Both the position numbers and the translations under genes were made by a program. A DNA stretch of 51,517 nt, counting the filler, from Thelocarpon superellum (taxonomy: Eukaryota): assembly GCA_026025795.1 (NCBI GenBank). It is 2 parts of 2 records of this genome, joined end to end, with 100 filler letters (N's around TTAATTAATTAA, not from the genome) between each part and the next. Parts side by side here need not be neighbours in the genome. Positions count along the whole stretch, not along the records: positions 1 to 25,761 come from JAPEUG010000265.1; 1 more part is not named here. One strand, given 5' to 3'. Position 1 is the stretch's first letter; the number at the start of each line of letters is the position of its first letter. The notes under the pieces were generated by a model. The model worked only from the letters and a program-made list of their open reading frames with translations, was not told where the DNA came from and did not search any database. This document shows positions 9,372-22,155 of the stretch, one piece after another.

Positions 9372-10897
9372 ATGCAGCCCTTTTTTCATTCCTATGTCTT
9401 ACCAGCTTTATTCTTCCTCGTCCATGTTCTGGTTTCGCTTCCGGCGCTACTACCGTCCACCACCCACGTCGATGATCCGTTGACCATACCTCCGCTCCAT
9501 GCCCGGCTGCAACTCCGATACGCCATCCCGCTGGGCGCCGGGGCCTTCATCATTGTTCACATCATACGGCAGCTGGCGAGCCACTTCCCCCTCCCGCGGC
9601 AGCGTCGGCGACGCCGGCTCGCACACTGCCTGGAATGGATCCTCTTGTTCGCGCTTGGCCTGGTGGAGGAGCTGCTGCGATACGGTGTGGTGCGATTCCT
9701 CATCTTCTTGGAAGGGGGGCATGGCGGATGTGCCGGCTCTATAACCAGACTCACCCCCAACGGTGGATACCTTTCACCCTCGTGGGGTGATTCCCGCCCC
9801 TCCAGAGAGGAGCTCTGGGGCGGGGTATACATGATGTCGTGGACATGGTGCCTGTTGGAAACCTTTGTACGTCTTCTCTTCCATCACGTGGACTGTCAGC
9901 GACGGTGTTTCCCCGCCTAGCTAATGCTTGACAGTACGCGTGGAGATCACTTCGGCCATCCTTGGAAGAGGGAGGGCCCTCGAGGCAGATAGACAGCGCG
10001 CGGAGCACGCCGCGTCCTGGTGTGGTCGGATACGGGACCTTTCGCAACCCTGTGCCCTTGCCGCGGTCCCTCTCAGGCTCCGGTCATGAGCCGTCGTCCT
10101 TGAGCCGGAGTGCACCCCCATCACGACCGGTGTCGAGGGACAGCTCGTCGCAGCAACAGGCGTTGTTCAGTGACTTCTTTGACGAGGGACCTTCTCACAA
10201 GCGGCATTCATCGACGGGTGGCGACAGGCGACCGCCACTGCTGTACGCGGCGAGCAGCGACGGGGACGACGAGGGGTCCTCTGTTGCCGATGACGCCTCC
10301 GACTCGTCGTCCTCGTGGAGCGAGCCTTCGCCGCGCGCAGGCGACCTGGAGAGTGCCTCCGAGGCTCAGCCGTTACTCGAGACGGGTGCGTCCTCCTCTC
10401 CTCGTCGCTCTCGCAGTCCGTCTCCGGATGCGGCATCGGTTCGCCCATCCCACCTATCTTGGTGGTGGTCAACCCTCCGCGCCTTGGGGGCCTGCTGCCT
10501 CTACTCGGGCCATGTGGTCTTCCGGCGCATGTACGCCGTGAATCCGAGCAAGTCCATCTTCTCGGTCCGGTTGGAAAGTCTGCATCCGCTCTATCCCATC
10601 GTGTGGCGGATGACGTCGTTGTTGACGCACGTGGCCTACGGGCTTCTGTATGCTTTATTTCCTTCCATCGTCCTCCGGGCGCGCAACGGACTGCAGCTGG
10701 AGTGGTTCAGCCTGGGTCTATTGCTGCTGTTGGCCCTGGTCAAGGGCTCCAGCACGGTGTTCTGGTTCGGCGGCAGGGTCGCCCGGTGGGGGATGGCGCA
10801 GATTACCACCCTCTGCCTGTCCACGGCTCTGGTCACTTGGTGGTTTGCACTGGTGGCGTGGGGCATCATTGAGGTGCCATGGGACTGGAGTGGCTAG
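9372..10897 (+). CDS. Multi-pass membrane protein with YhfC/PrsW (CPBP-superfamily)-like motifs
   Basis: Exons 9372-9866 and 9935-10897 (intron GTACGT..CTAAT..CAG, in phase). TM clusters at both ends with a Ser-rich loop between. GLVEELLRY and WRMTSLLTH motifs. Confidence 0.7.
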
Positions 10898-11233
10898 GCG
10901 TTGGATGCTTAGTCTTGGATGATGCGCCTCTGCCCTTGGATAGTCACCACTTCACGTATCACTAGTGTATCATTACTCCGTCACTGCTATCAGCGACGAA
11001 TGCAACTCAGATTCGGGAACAGAGGGATTGCCTTGGTTACGACACTCACCTTGATGCATATGCATGTTTCAACGTCGACCGATCCGGACTTCCCAAGCCT
11101 AGGGGTGGACTTCTGCCCCGTCTAGTCGTCCACGTGCCTAGCAGACCAGCATTGCGCACAGAAGCGAGATCTACGAGCTTAAGATCATCACGATTGTCAT
11201 GATTCGTTTCAAAACAGTGCCGGCTAGATCATG

Positions 11234-13103
11234 CTAGAAAAGGTGGTTGTTGGTTTCGCAGTCGTGGTCATCCACTGACACGCATGACCGGTCATGATTG
11301 ACTTCTCTGCCGTTCTCCACTCCTTCTGGGTGATCTTTCGAGACCACGCCAGAGCCGTGAACTTTGACGACCTTCCAACCTTTTGGGAGGCGGTAGTTGT
11401 GTCCCTTTGATAGACCCTCTGTTCATTCCCAGGTCAGCCCATCTGATTCGGTAGTGCCTACCAAGATGCTCCTTACCGAGTTCGAGCTTGACATATTCAC
11501 AAAGAGGGGGAAGCCAGATGGTGAGTGAGACAACCTGTCCAAAGGTCCAACTTGAAAAGTCCAGGACATATCCCGCATTGAGCCCAAACCTACCACGACT
11601 GGCAAGATTGGCGAGATGTTTGAGGTAAATTGCCAAGAAAGTCAGGTACCACATGATAATGGAGAAAGTGGCCAGCTCAATGAAAAAGCGAAACCACCTC
11701 TTCTGTGAGGCTTGCCTGGTCGACTTCATGACTGTGGAGGTGTTCTGAGACACAACCGCGGCGTTCAGTCCTTCAAACCATCGAGACAATGCCACCCATA
11801 AAGTCTTGAAGCCCCACCGCTGATGGAGATGGCATTGCTCCGCAATGAGGACGCCGAGCACAGCCAAGGAACAGAAGAGCGGTGAGCCAAAGGACCCAAT
11901 GCCATTGGCAAACGCAGGAAGTGTCGGATCGTAGTTGAGGCAGTTGCTCGTTGGATTGGCCATCCCACACTTTGGGTAGGTGCTAGTCGGCACCAACGCC
12001 ACGAGGTTCCTCGATGGATTTGCTCGGCTTGCAAGGATGTAGGTAGCTCCCGAGAACGCCACGACGACTAAGGAGAGAATCGAGAGGTACCACGAACTTT
12101 GGCCGACCCTGCGCAGCTCCAAGAGGACGAGAGTGATTGGCAGCATGCCACCGATGGAAAGTTGGATAAGAGCGTACGTGTCGATGAAGATCTGCTCTAG
12201 ATTGCTGGCGGCGAGCAGCCCGTCGTGGAGGACGACGAGGGCTGCGATCTGCACGGCGAGCATGAAGAAGCACTGCGCTTTTTGAAACTCAACGAGCGCG
12301 ACGATAAGCCGTTCCTTGTGCTGGAGATGGCGAGCTTCTGTGCGCAGGGCACGCCTCTGGGCTTCAACATATCCTTGTCGTGCCAGCCTGGCAACAAGAC
12401 AGGTGTAGTACAGGCCGGAATCCCACCACTTCAGAGCCAGGAAGGCGACCAAGACCAAGCCAGCCTGCATCAAGTACGACACGTACACTCCGACGCCGGC
12501 GATGTCGGTATTGACTGGGGCAACGATGGTTGCGCACAGGCTGTCGATACAATTTGCGATGCCTGAGTGTGTGTCGTCGGAGAGGAAAGAGGAGTTGGAG
12601 CTCTTCGCCAGGCGTGATGGAGCACAGGCGTCGGACAGGGCTTTCGTGTCCCCCTCGGCGCAAACCGAGTCGCTCTGACACCAGCTGACGTAGCCGACTA
12701 GGCAGTCGACGATAGGTTCCACCACGCTGGCTGCCACGTCGACCGCGCCGAAGCCTTCATCGAGACCGAAGGTCTTCATGAGCGCCAGATCGTCCCGGCT
12801 GAGCGCACCTGTGCGGCCAAGATTCGAGATCGTTGGCAGTGCAAGACAGTTCTGAAAAGTCGCAGCGGATGAAAAAACCTCCGACAGGTCCTCACAGGTG
12901 GTCGTACAGTTTGGTGGAGGCTGCATTCGGTCATCATGTGTGACAATCTTTGCACATCCGCCGAGGACGAGGCCCGTGCCGTTCTTTTGGGTGAATGCCT
13001 GGGCAGCATCTTGGATGCTCAGTAATGGCGTGGTTGAGGGGATGAGAGAGAGTTGGTTGGTCATTGTTGCTACCTCGATCGAATCGTCGACCAGGGATTG
13101 CAT
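11234..13103 (-). CDS. Uncharacterised fungal membrane protein, Cys-rich N-terminus plus about 7 TM
   Basis: Exons 13103 (or 13064)-11477 and 11418-11234 (intron GTAAGG..GCTGAC..CAG gives LELEGLSKGHNYRLPKGWKV). Motifs NTDIAGVGVYVSY, EFQKAQCFFMLAVQIAAL and WTFGQVVSLTIW of a widespread uncharacterised ascomycete family. Confidence 0.8.
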
Positions 13104-14404
13104 CAGACGAAAGTGCTCGCAGGACAGCTACCATCCTTGGAACAGGATCGTTTGGTGCTCCCGGGGACGAGCTACGAGCCCTTATACGAGCAGCAATCCT
13201 TGTTGCGCCTGATCCACCACTCTCACATTGGACGCACACTAGAGCCAACCTACTCGGCTATCCTAGACGACTCAGGGAGACGTTGTTTGATTGGCCAGGT
13301 GGTGATCCTGTCCTCGGTTACAGCCGCCGTGAACCGTGTTCTCTCGAAACGCTATGACGGCAGCGTGAACCCTCCGCAGTAGTGCCCAGCTGCGCCGTTG
13401 CGCTATGGTAGTACCATTATTGCCCAACCCGATTTTCTCAGAACAGCAGTTGGTCCAACTTAAGTCTCCATCACACCAACTCGAGCTGTCACCTTGACCT
13501 TCAGATGTGCGCATTTTGGCACCGACTCAATAAGTTGGTCCATGGCAACGTCCAAATCCTGGTGAAACAGAAAGCGCAGGGCGGGACGCTGGATCCGGGC
13601 CAGCACTGGCTGCGATCACGTCGAAAATGGTCGCAAAGGCACATTGACTTCGGTAGTGGTGAAAGAACCTATGCGATGTGCGATTTTATGAAACAGTTGG
13701 AAGGTAATACATACCTGAAAATTACTGTCTGTTCATCTTCCCCACGTGGGAATTCTGCGTTAAAACTCTGCCAATGGGTCAAATTTCGATGATTAAAATA
13801 ATGATATTGTCGAGCCTTTAAATGTTTAATTCAATATTTAATTCAACATTCAATACTAAACAAGTACTTCGGCTGTCCAAAGGTTACGCTGATTACATAT
13901 TTGCGTTGTTGCGTAAGAAAGGGATTCCATACACCCTCCTGATTAGTAGATTGCGGCCAGCGAAAGGGCGGGAATATTTGGCTGACGTTGCTGTTTGCGG
14001 CTCTTACTTATATTCGTATCGGAGGCCTTTGCCACGATCGCAAGTTGCGGATGAACCACCCAATCATGTGGGAAAGAGGAATCGGACACGTCGTCGGAGT
14101 AGAGTTTTGGGACAGTCGTTCCTCCTATGTGGCATAGCGACGACTCTTACAATGGCATTATCTTTTGAAAGAAGCCACAGACTTTGCATTGATAGCTGCG
14201 TTTCGTCACAGCTCCGCCTACAAAACCAAGCGTTTCGAAGCATCTTGCCAAGATGGAAATCTCATGGGTTAAGTATCGGGTCCCGCTCCCTCCCCCCCCG
14301 AACTCAGCACCGCGTCCTCACGATGTTGCTGGCATTTGCTTGATCCTGTTCTCGTCCAAAACCTGCCTGTTCTCTCGCTCTATCGTCACCGATCATCACC
14401 GACG

Positions 14405-15438
14405 ATGAAGTGGTCCTCCGATCTTGGAGTCATACTGGCATGGTCGTCCGCCGTCGCCGCTTCACCTACAGCGGGTCGTCTCTATCCGCGCCAAGGGCAG
14501 CCGGTACCACAGGCCGGCTCGGGCCCAGCTCAGGCCCAGCCGACTTCTATCCCACCCGGCCCGTTCACCCTCAGCGTTTCCGACGTAGCTCTGTTCAACT
14601 TTTCGGCCCCGGATCCAGGCACAGACCTCGATGTAATATACAACAATGTTGTTGCATCAGGCGGAAGCCTGTGGCTCGACCAGCACCCATCAGGCGCCAT
14701 GTGTGGCAACGCTTCAGCCCCACTGACTCCCTGTCAATTCCCGGTAGATCAAGGCTACGCTGAGGGGATAGAATTGGGTCCTCCCAACGATTTCACCTAC
14801 TTTGTTGCGCACGGTGACGGTACCCTCCTACTGGTACGTGACCTCCCTCGGCCCCCGCCCCTCTTTTCTCCACCCACATCAACATCGAGACTCTTCCCCA
14901 TACGGGCCCCCCTCCCCCTCCCCCCCCTTCCCCCCAGCGCCTTGCCAAGCTAACGGCGACTCTATAGAACACGTCCAACGTGAACGGTCCCAACAAACAG
15001 CAGGTGACGATAGGCGAGGACCTGTCGCTACAGTACAACGTGGGGATCGTCGGAGCAGGTGGGTCTACGTCGAGCGATGGGGGCCAAGGCACGTCCGGCG
15101 GATGGCAGAGCCAGAGTGTCTCGCCCACACCAGGTGCGGGATGGAAGATCCCGGTGCTCATTCCTCCGACGAACGTCATGAACGCGCAAGGCCTGAACTT
15201 CCTCGCCTGCCCCGTTCCCGACCCAGGCTCCGGCTCCAAGTACTATAAATTGTACGTGTCGCATAACGTGGCCTCCCCCGCGCCTGCAGTTGCAGCCCGC
15301 CAGGTGTCTGGTCCCATCCTTGGCCCTCGCCCTGGCCTCGCCCCCACCTTCGACGTCACCGCTTGTTATTCCGTCGCGCTGGACATCATCGGGCCCGGCC
15401 CTCTGGACCGCTTCGTGGTGCCGGTCGCGTATGACTGA
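14405..15438 (+). CDS. Secreted cell-wall protein, PhiA / 'IgE-binding protein'-like
   Basis: Signal peptide MKWSSDLGVILAWSSAVAA. Exons 14405-14833 and 14968-15438 (GTACGT..GCTAAC..TAG). Motifs VVASGGSLWL..C..C, QQVTI, FLACP..YKLYV..C. Confidence 0.7.
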
Positions 15439-15720
15439 TCGAGCGGAGATGGTCACACCGTGACTGACTTCTGCTACGGTGGTCTTGACTCTAATGGCAT
15501 ATTCATGGGTGGGATGGATCACAAAGGTAAAGGCGGCGTACATGGGACCTAGATGATGGTGATATTGGAGAAGTGATTTGAGTGATGTTTGACCTTCGCG
15601 TTTCGTGGGCTTCACGTCACGACGTCATGCGTCTTGGTATCTTCGCTACTGTGACACGGGTGTCTCCCACCCCGCGTCATGGAAAGAACAGAGATAGGGA
15701 GGAGGGAGAGAGCGCCAGAA

Positions 15721-17706
15721 TCACAGTGAAGAATTCCACAGGCGCACGGGGAAGTCTTGTGCCTGTATCTCGCGCAGCGGACCGTGGTAATTCTTACGGC
15801 CGTAGACCATCCAACAGAGAAGGGCGAAGATGAGGGCGGCGCCAAACAAGAGACTGGCGTAGTTCATGTTGACCGGCGTCACGGGCTGGTAGGTTGGGAA
15901 GAAGAGGAAGACGCTGGTGAAGGCGACAAAGGCGATGGCCACGCAGTTGATGGCAAGTCCAAAGCGGCCCAGTCGCCATGGCCCCCATGGCACGGGCTTG
16001 GGCCCCATGCGTCGGAGCGCAATCACGATGATGGGCGTGATGTAAGAGATATTCAGCACCGAGGTCGTGAATGAGATGACGGCGCTGAAGGCCGTGGTCG
16101 AACCGAGGTTACTGGACAGTTCACGCATCAGCGTTGGGTCATATACTTCCGCAACGGAGTCATCCTTACATGAGGCCCCAGAGGAAACTGAGACAGACAA
16201 TGAGCGTCACGGCGCGATGAGGAACGGCGCGTTTGGGGTCGACCTGCGAAAGGTACACCCGTCAGCCATCGACATCACGGCACGTCCAGCAAAGGATTCG
16301 GCGTACATGGGCGAAATATTTGGAAAAGGGGATGCCGCCATCTCGTGAAAAGGCCCATGTGACCCGGGATGCTGCCGCCAGCTGGCCTAAGATGGCGAAG
16401 CAGACGCCCGAGATGACGAGCGCAGTCATGGCGTTGGTGGCGGCCAAGGAGCCGGTGGTGTTGTAGAAGATCTGGATCACGGGATACCCGGTGGGCGTGC
16501 CCAGGACCGAGTTTACATCCCCAATGCTGTACAGGAGGACGAGGAGGAAGCCAAACGCCAAGGCGCCGTCGAGAAGCATGGTATACATCATGGCCCGAGG
16601 GACCACCTTGGACGCATTCTGCACCTCCTCGCTGATATGGCACGCGCAATCGATGCCTGGCGTGGCGTATGGCGTCAGTGCAAGGAACGGTCCTGCCGGA
16701 TCCAGAGTGCTCACCACTTAGCGCAAACAGACTCGTGGTGAGCCCAATCAACCACGAGACACCGTTATTATCCCAACCCGAGTCATTGTCAAAGGTTGCG
16801 AAGACGTAGTGGTTTGCGCTCTGGGGCGCCAAGTAGACCAGCGGCACGATCAGGATGAAGAAAAAGGCGACGTGCAAGACCAGGGCCGCACTCTCCAGAT
16901 ATGGCAGGATGCGGATGCCGTAGACGTTGATCAGTCCACCGGCGATGAGGATGCCCCAGTACAAGAGCGAGGCCTGCCAGCGTTGGGGGACGTAGTCGGG
17001 ATTGTTCAATGCAATCAGACCCTGAATCTCCGTTGCGGCCAAAGAGGAGGCGGCCGAGCAGCCCGAGGACCATCCGATGACCAGGAGCCAGCCTGCACTC
17101 GTCAGTGACTGACGCGACAGGATGACGCAGGGACGCCTGTACCAGCAAAGAAGCTCAGCGGAGCGGACCACTTCTCAGGCGCAAACTGAGCCACCCAATG
17201 GTACTGCGCACCCGCGGTCGGCGAGCTGTCCTCCAATTAGTCCACTCACACGGCCTCGGCACATGGCATGGGCGCTTACATGGACGCGAGCTCGGCCATG
17301 GACGCCGTCACGGCCAAGATACCAACCCAGCTGAGCAGGTAGCCATAGACCAAGGACGAAGGGCCGCCGTTGATGAGGCCGGCATTGAAGGAGCTGCGGA
17401 GAGTAAGCATCCACGCTTGATTTGTGCGAGAGGGCGACGCACCTCGCCACTGCTTCCCACGACGCGAGAATGGTACAGGTGAAGGCGACGACAGAGACGG
17501 TGCCAAAATTTCGCTGTGAGTCGTTCAGGAACAGTTTATTGCAGGCAGGGAGGAGCCGCTCTTACCTTCAGCTGCTGCCTCTTTCCTGCGCGGGCCAATG
17601 CCCAAGCGTCCAGATCGTTTTGCGTTGGATTTTCGCTTTTGGGGCCCGTAGTGCTGGGCATGGAGTCAGGCACGCCTCGGTGGCGCATTTCCACACCGTC
17701 CGCCAT
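15721..17706 (-). CDS. Amino acid/choline/GABA permease (APC superfamily, ACT family)
   Basis: Eight exons joined by canonical introns: GKRQQLK|RNFG..ASWE, NGGPSSLVYG..MAELAS, SPTAGAQYHWV, HISEEVQNA..VPRAM, SRVTWAFSRDGGIPFS, GSTTAFSA, GPWRLGRFG, NMNYA. Confidence 0.93.
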
Positions 17707-19781
17707 CGTGGATCGTATGATGCTTGGAGGTGAGGTGCGTGATGGGTGAGAGGCGCGCTGGAAGGAGTCGGGCAGTCGGGAGCGCGAATGGGTTCGATCA
17801 CTCAAAACAACACGGCGAAAGAGATGGGGGATATGGAGGTACCGTCATGACCTTCATCCTAACATGCAGAGCTGACGGGCAGAGCGGGAGCACGCGCCAG
17901 CACCACACCCCACCTCGAGCCTCCTCCTGCTCAAGCCGTGCCGTGGATCCATCCTCTGTGCGCCACCCAAGTCCGAGCATAAGGCCCCGGACGTCCAGGC
18001 CCAGGGATGCATGCACCTACTAGCCCCCTCCACGTCCTCGTGCCGATCAACGCGCGCTCCGTTCTGCGGAGAATATCAACGTAGCCTTTCGGGTGCTTAT
18101 CCGATTGTCGTGCCGTCCAGTCCGCCTTCCACCGGAAGGTGTGGTAGAGCGGCCGTAGGGGTTCTGGCCTTGCGTCTGTGCCATCGACTGCCGCATGGGT
18201 GGATACTGAGGGGCTGGGATACCGAAAAGGCGAAAGGGCCGTCCCGTGTTCTGATGTCTGGTCACGTCAACAATTTGACGGTTGTGCCGCGCGAAAGGTC
18301 CATGTTGAAGTCGATTTTCCTTAGTCGACAGGTTGAATACGGTGAACACTAAAGACTGGTGCACCAGTATCTGTAGAACTGGGCATCCTAACCCTTTGTG
18401 CGGGTGATTTGGAACGATCGGCGCGCGCTGACCGCTGAAGGGGTCTGGGGACGGGCCAACGAACGGGCTGTTAGACGGTGCAGAGACCGCCCATTGGCTA
18501 CTCCCGGTGGAGCGAGTCCCAAACCGTGCCCTAGGATCAACGCAGTGGCGCACGGTTGACATCTGCGGGCAATCAACTAGAACGAATCGAAGGGCAGCCG
18601 AGATCCCGGACTCTTCCGTCAGAGCCAAATCGCGATCCCGCTCGGTAAAGTATGCCATACAAGCACGTCTGAGTGCGCCAAGCCCACGGGCCGAGGGAGA
18701 TTCAGATGACGTCCGAAGATGCAAGACGGGCGGGCTGGAAGGCGCGCCTCTTCATTTTTGAGATCTTGGCGTGACACAGCGGGCCACGATTCTGGCTCGG
18801 TGGGCCGAGTCGGTGGGCCGAGGACAGCACGAGGATGGTACGAATCCGACGAGATCAGAGAGGGGGTTATCTGGACTTCCATCTCAACACTACGACTGAT
18901 ATTCTCCTCGTGCCTAGGGAGTTGTGCACACCTCTGCTTCTTAGCGAGCGGTATCTCAGCCTTGGTGTAACAGACGTCATCTCGTATGAGTTAGAACCGA
19001 CTCATATCTCGCCGGACGTGTAATGACCAGCGGAATATAGGTGGAATTGGGGGACCGGACGCGACATCTGTACTGGGGCGAGGAAGTTGCGCGTAAACAA
19101 TTACTCGTTACCACCGTGCAAACTCTCCCGAAAGTCCCAAAGCAAATAGGCTCCTGTTGGACAGGAGCCCGCCCGCCCCCGCCTCACCCCACCTTCTCTA
19201 CCTCCTCCACCTCCTCTCCTTCGCTTCCTGTGCTTGCCGTTATCCATGCTACGCGAGGTCCGCGCCACGGCCATTGGCCATCGTGCCGCGTATCGCGTGC
19301 CGCCGCGACTGAACCTTAAAAACATGGCTTCTCATGCCCAGGCCCGCCGAAAGTTAACCGGGTCCGTGGACCCCGCCAACCGGGAGGATGCTCTGGAAGA
19401 CAGTATGCACGGCGGAGGTGGAAGCTCACTAGTTCAGAGTCGCACCCTTGTCCACTGTGACCTGGCCGATGCGTCTGCGGGTCATGCATTGCGGCACCCC
19501 TAGGCCTCCGTCGGCCGTCCATCGACCTTTCCATCATGCCGAGGAGGGGCGATCACATCCATGCGGGGCGGGATCTCAAGGAGATCGACAGTCAGATCCA
19601 GCGTCGACTGTCGCAGCCTGGCCAAGCTCTACCTGCACACCTCGTGTGTACGGCGAGGTCACGGTCGGTGCCCTTTAGCACCATCTCCCCCATCACGATC
19701 GCGGTTGCGAGTGCGACCACGACAACACCTCCTGGATGACTGCCCTTCTTGTCCGTGACCTTTCATGATCCGCCAGCCCCA

Positions 19782-21182
19782 ATGTCTGCCGGAGAAGCCC
19801 CTACCTTCAATGTCCACGGCTCGGACGCATCGCCGCCATATGGCATCATCACACCCGACGACCATGGCGCGTACGTGGTTATCACGGGGTGGATCATGTT
19901 CTCGCTCATGGGCGTCGTCGTCCTCATCCGTCTCATCACCACGGCGGTGAAGAACCGGTCAGTGCGCGACCATGATTACATCATTGCCGTGGCCGCACTC
20001 TTGGTCATTCCGCAGACGATCGTAGTGCAAGTGGCCTCCTACAATGGGCTCGGCAGCCGTCGTGCGACGCTGTCCGACTCAAGTTTTGACAAGTACGGCA
20101 AGGTACGTGATGCGCGGGCGCTTCGGGAGCGTGTCTCTCGGCATTGCTGCCGGCTCACGGTAGGCGCAGGCCAATTACGCCAGCCAGATTCTCTACATTT
20201 TGATCATCGGTCTGGCCAAACTCTCGCAGCTGCTCTTCGTCCGGTGCCTGACGCCGGCACGACCCACGAAACGCGTCATTGACGGGCTAAGCACCGTCAT
20301 CGCCGTGTGGTTGTTTGCGGCCATCTTTGCCCTGGCTTTTCAGTGCCAGGTGCCTCAGCCCTGGGACTTTTCCCCTGGCCGCTGCGTCAATCAGGAGGGC
20401 CTGTACGACTTCAATGGCGCATTCAGCATCATCACCGACGCCCTCATCGCCATTATCCCCAGCTACATCGTATGGGACCTGCAGATTCGGTCCAAGGAGC
20501 GAATTACCGTCATCTTCGTCTTCAGCCTCCGAGCCCTGTTCGTCCACCACGCCCGCCCCTAATTAGAGTGAGGCTGATCCGGCCGAAATACAGCGTGTGC
20601 ATCACGAGCATTGTTCGGCTCGTCTATCTGGCGATATACTTCCAGAGCGACGATCAGACATGTATGCTCCTTTCCACATGCTGGCGCAAGAGGGAGCGGA
20701 TACTGACGCGTGGTATGCAGGGGAAAGCGTGAACGCGGGTATCTGGACGCAGTAAGTGGCATGTACTTCTTGTTGGTGGCCACCAGATGCTGACCACATG
20801 TCCTGGTAGGCTCGATATGAACGTCAGCATCATGGCGGCTTGTATCCCTCTCCTGAAACCCTTTTTGGACAGGCTCCAATCGGGCGGCATGGACGTGCGC
20901 GATCAAATTCTGGTGACCAGCAAACACACCTATCCGAGCTACGACAATACCAACAGCAAGAACAGTAAGAACAGCAAGAACAGCAAGAACAACGAGGGCT
21001 TCCGCCGATTCAAGCCGGACTTCCATGGCAGCGACTCCAAGAACCGACGGGAAAATACGGTGGAGACGGAGCGTCCGGGGAGCGAGACCGCCCTGACCGG
21101 CGACACGATCCATCACACGACGGAATTCCGCATCGACGTCAATAAATCCAAGGACTCGCACGACTTCCCGGAGAGAGCTTGA
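19782..21182 (+). CDS. Pth11-like integral membrane protein (fungal rhodopsin domain, GPCR-like), no CFEM domain seen
   Basis: Exons 19782-20102, 20170-20537, 20594-20661, 20721-20751, 20810-21182. Motifs NGLG, GLAKLS, FQCQVPQPW, IITD..P..VWDLQ, F..R, SIMAACIP.LKPF. (AACAGCAAG)x4 = NSK repeat at 20952-20987. Confidence 0.88.
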
Positions 21183-22155
21183 GATCTCGCGCGGCAGCTA
21201 TTTCTCGCCGAGGATATGTGCTGAGCGGGCCACGTTAGACATGAAGCGATTTGTGGATGTCGTGTGCCTGTATCTTATCCAATATCTCCCATGTCTCTTG
21301 TGGGCGCGGCTCTGGATGGACTTGGAAGGGGCAATGAAGATACCAGGTTGTAGTCCGGGAAACCGATTTGCTCCCAGTCTTCTCATTCTCGTGACGGCCG
21401 AATGTCGCCCGATCGCCCTTGCCTGTTCGATCTTGGAGGAGGCAAGGAAAGGGGGTCGTGCTCGTGGTGGTGGACATTCCTTGCCAATGGGGCTGGTTTT
21501 GATCCTGTAGTTCGCCGTTAGTATTGATTCACGATGTTCGCGTGCGGTCCACTAGGACCAGCCCAACCACAATCACAACGCCCTTCACGAGGTTCGACGT
21601 AGACCACAAGACATGCTCATGTACTTGCACTGGTGCTTTGAATGAAAAGGTAATGAGCGACGACGAACGATGCCAAGGTGGTCTTTCGAGGGGCGGGTTG
21701 CAGGTTGCGGGTTGCGTTACACCGCCTACGTGGGTACTCTCACGCATGTGTCCCTCCGATGCTACACCACGGTGCCCGTTAGCTGCAAGGAGGGCGCAAT
21801 TAGTGCTGTTACCCTCGCGTCAGCTGCGCCAGAGATGCACAGAAAGAGGAGAGGTAGTCCGTAACAAAATCCCACCTTTTCACTCTCCAGCTTCCTCGTG
21901 CCATTGTGCCGCTAGAACGGGCCTGCCATCGCATCCACAGGCACAACTGCCCCTGTTGTCGATTCTGATGAATCTCGACTTTCATCCCCACCTGTCATCC
22001 ATCTCCGTTTCTCGCGCCCTGCTCGGTTCCAACACGCTCGTTTCACGGACCACACCGCCCGCCGTGACCGGTATCAACAGTGACAGCGGGCTGCACATTG
22101 CCCATCTCCCGCCTCTTTTCGGCCGTCTCCTACGTTCGCAGCAAACACTAGCAAG

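Noticed and set aside
18387..18395. CCTAACCCT as a telomerase RNA template (also CCCTAACCCT at 49653-49662)
   Set aside because: 9-10-nt matches to some permutation of the telomere repeat are expected by chance in 51 kb. I could not identify a pseudoknot, CR4/5 or Sm site nearby.
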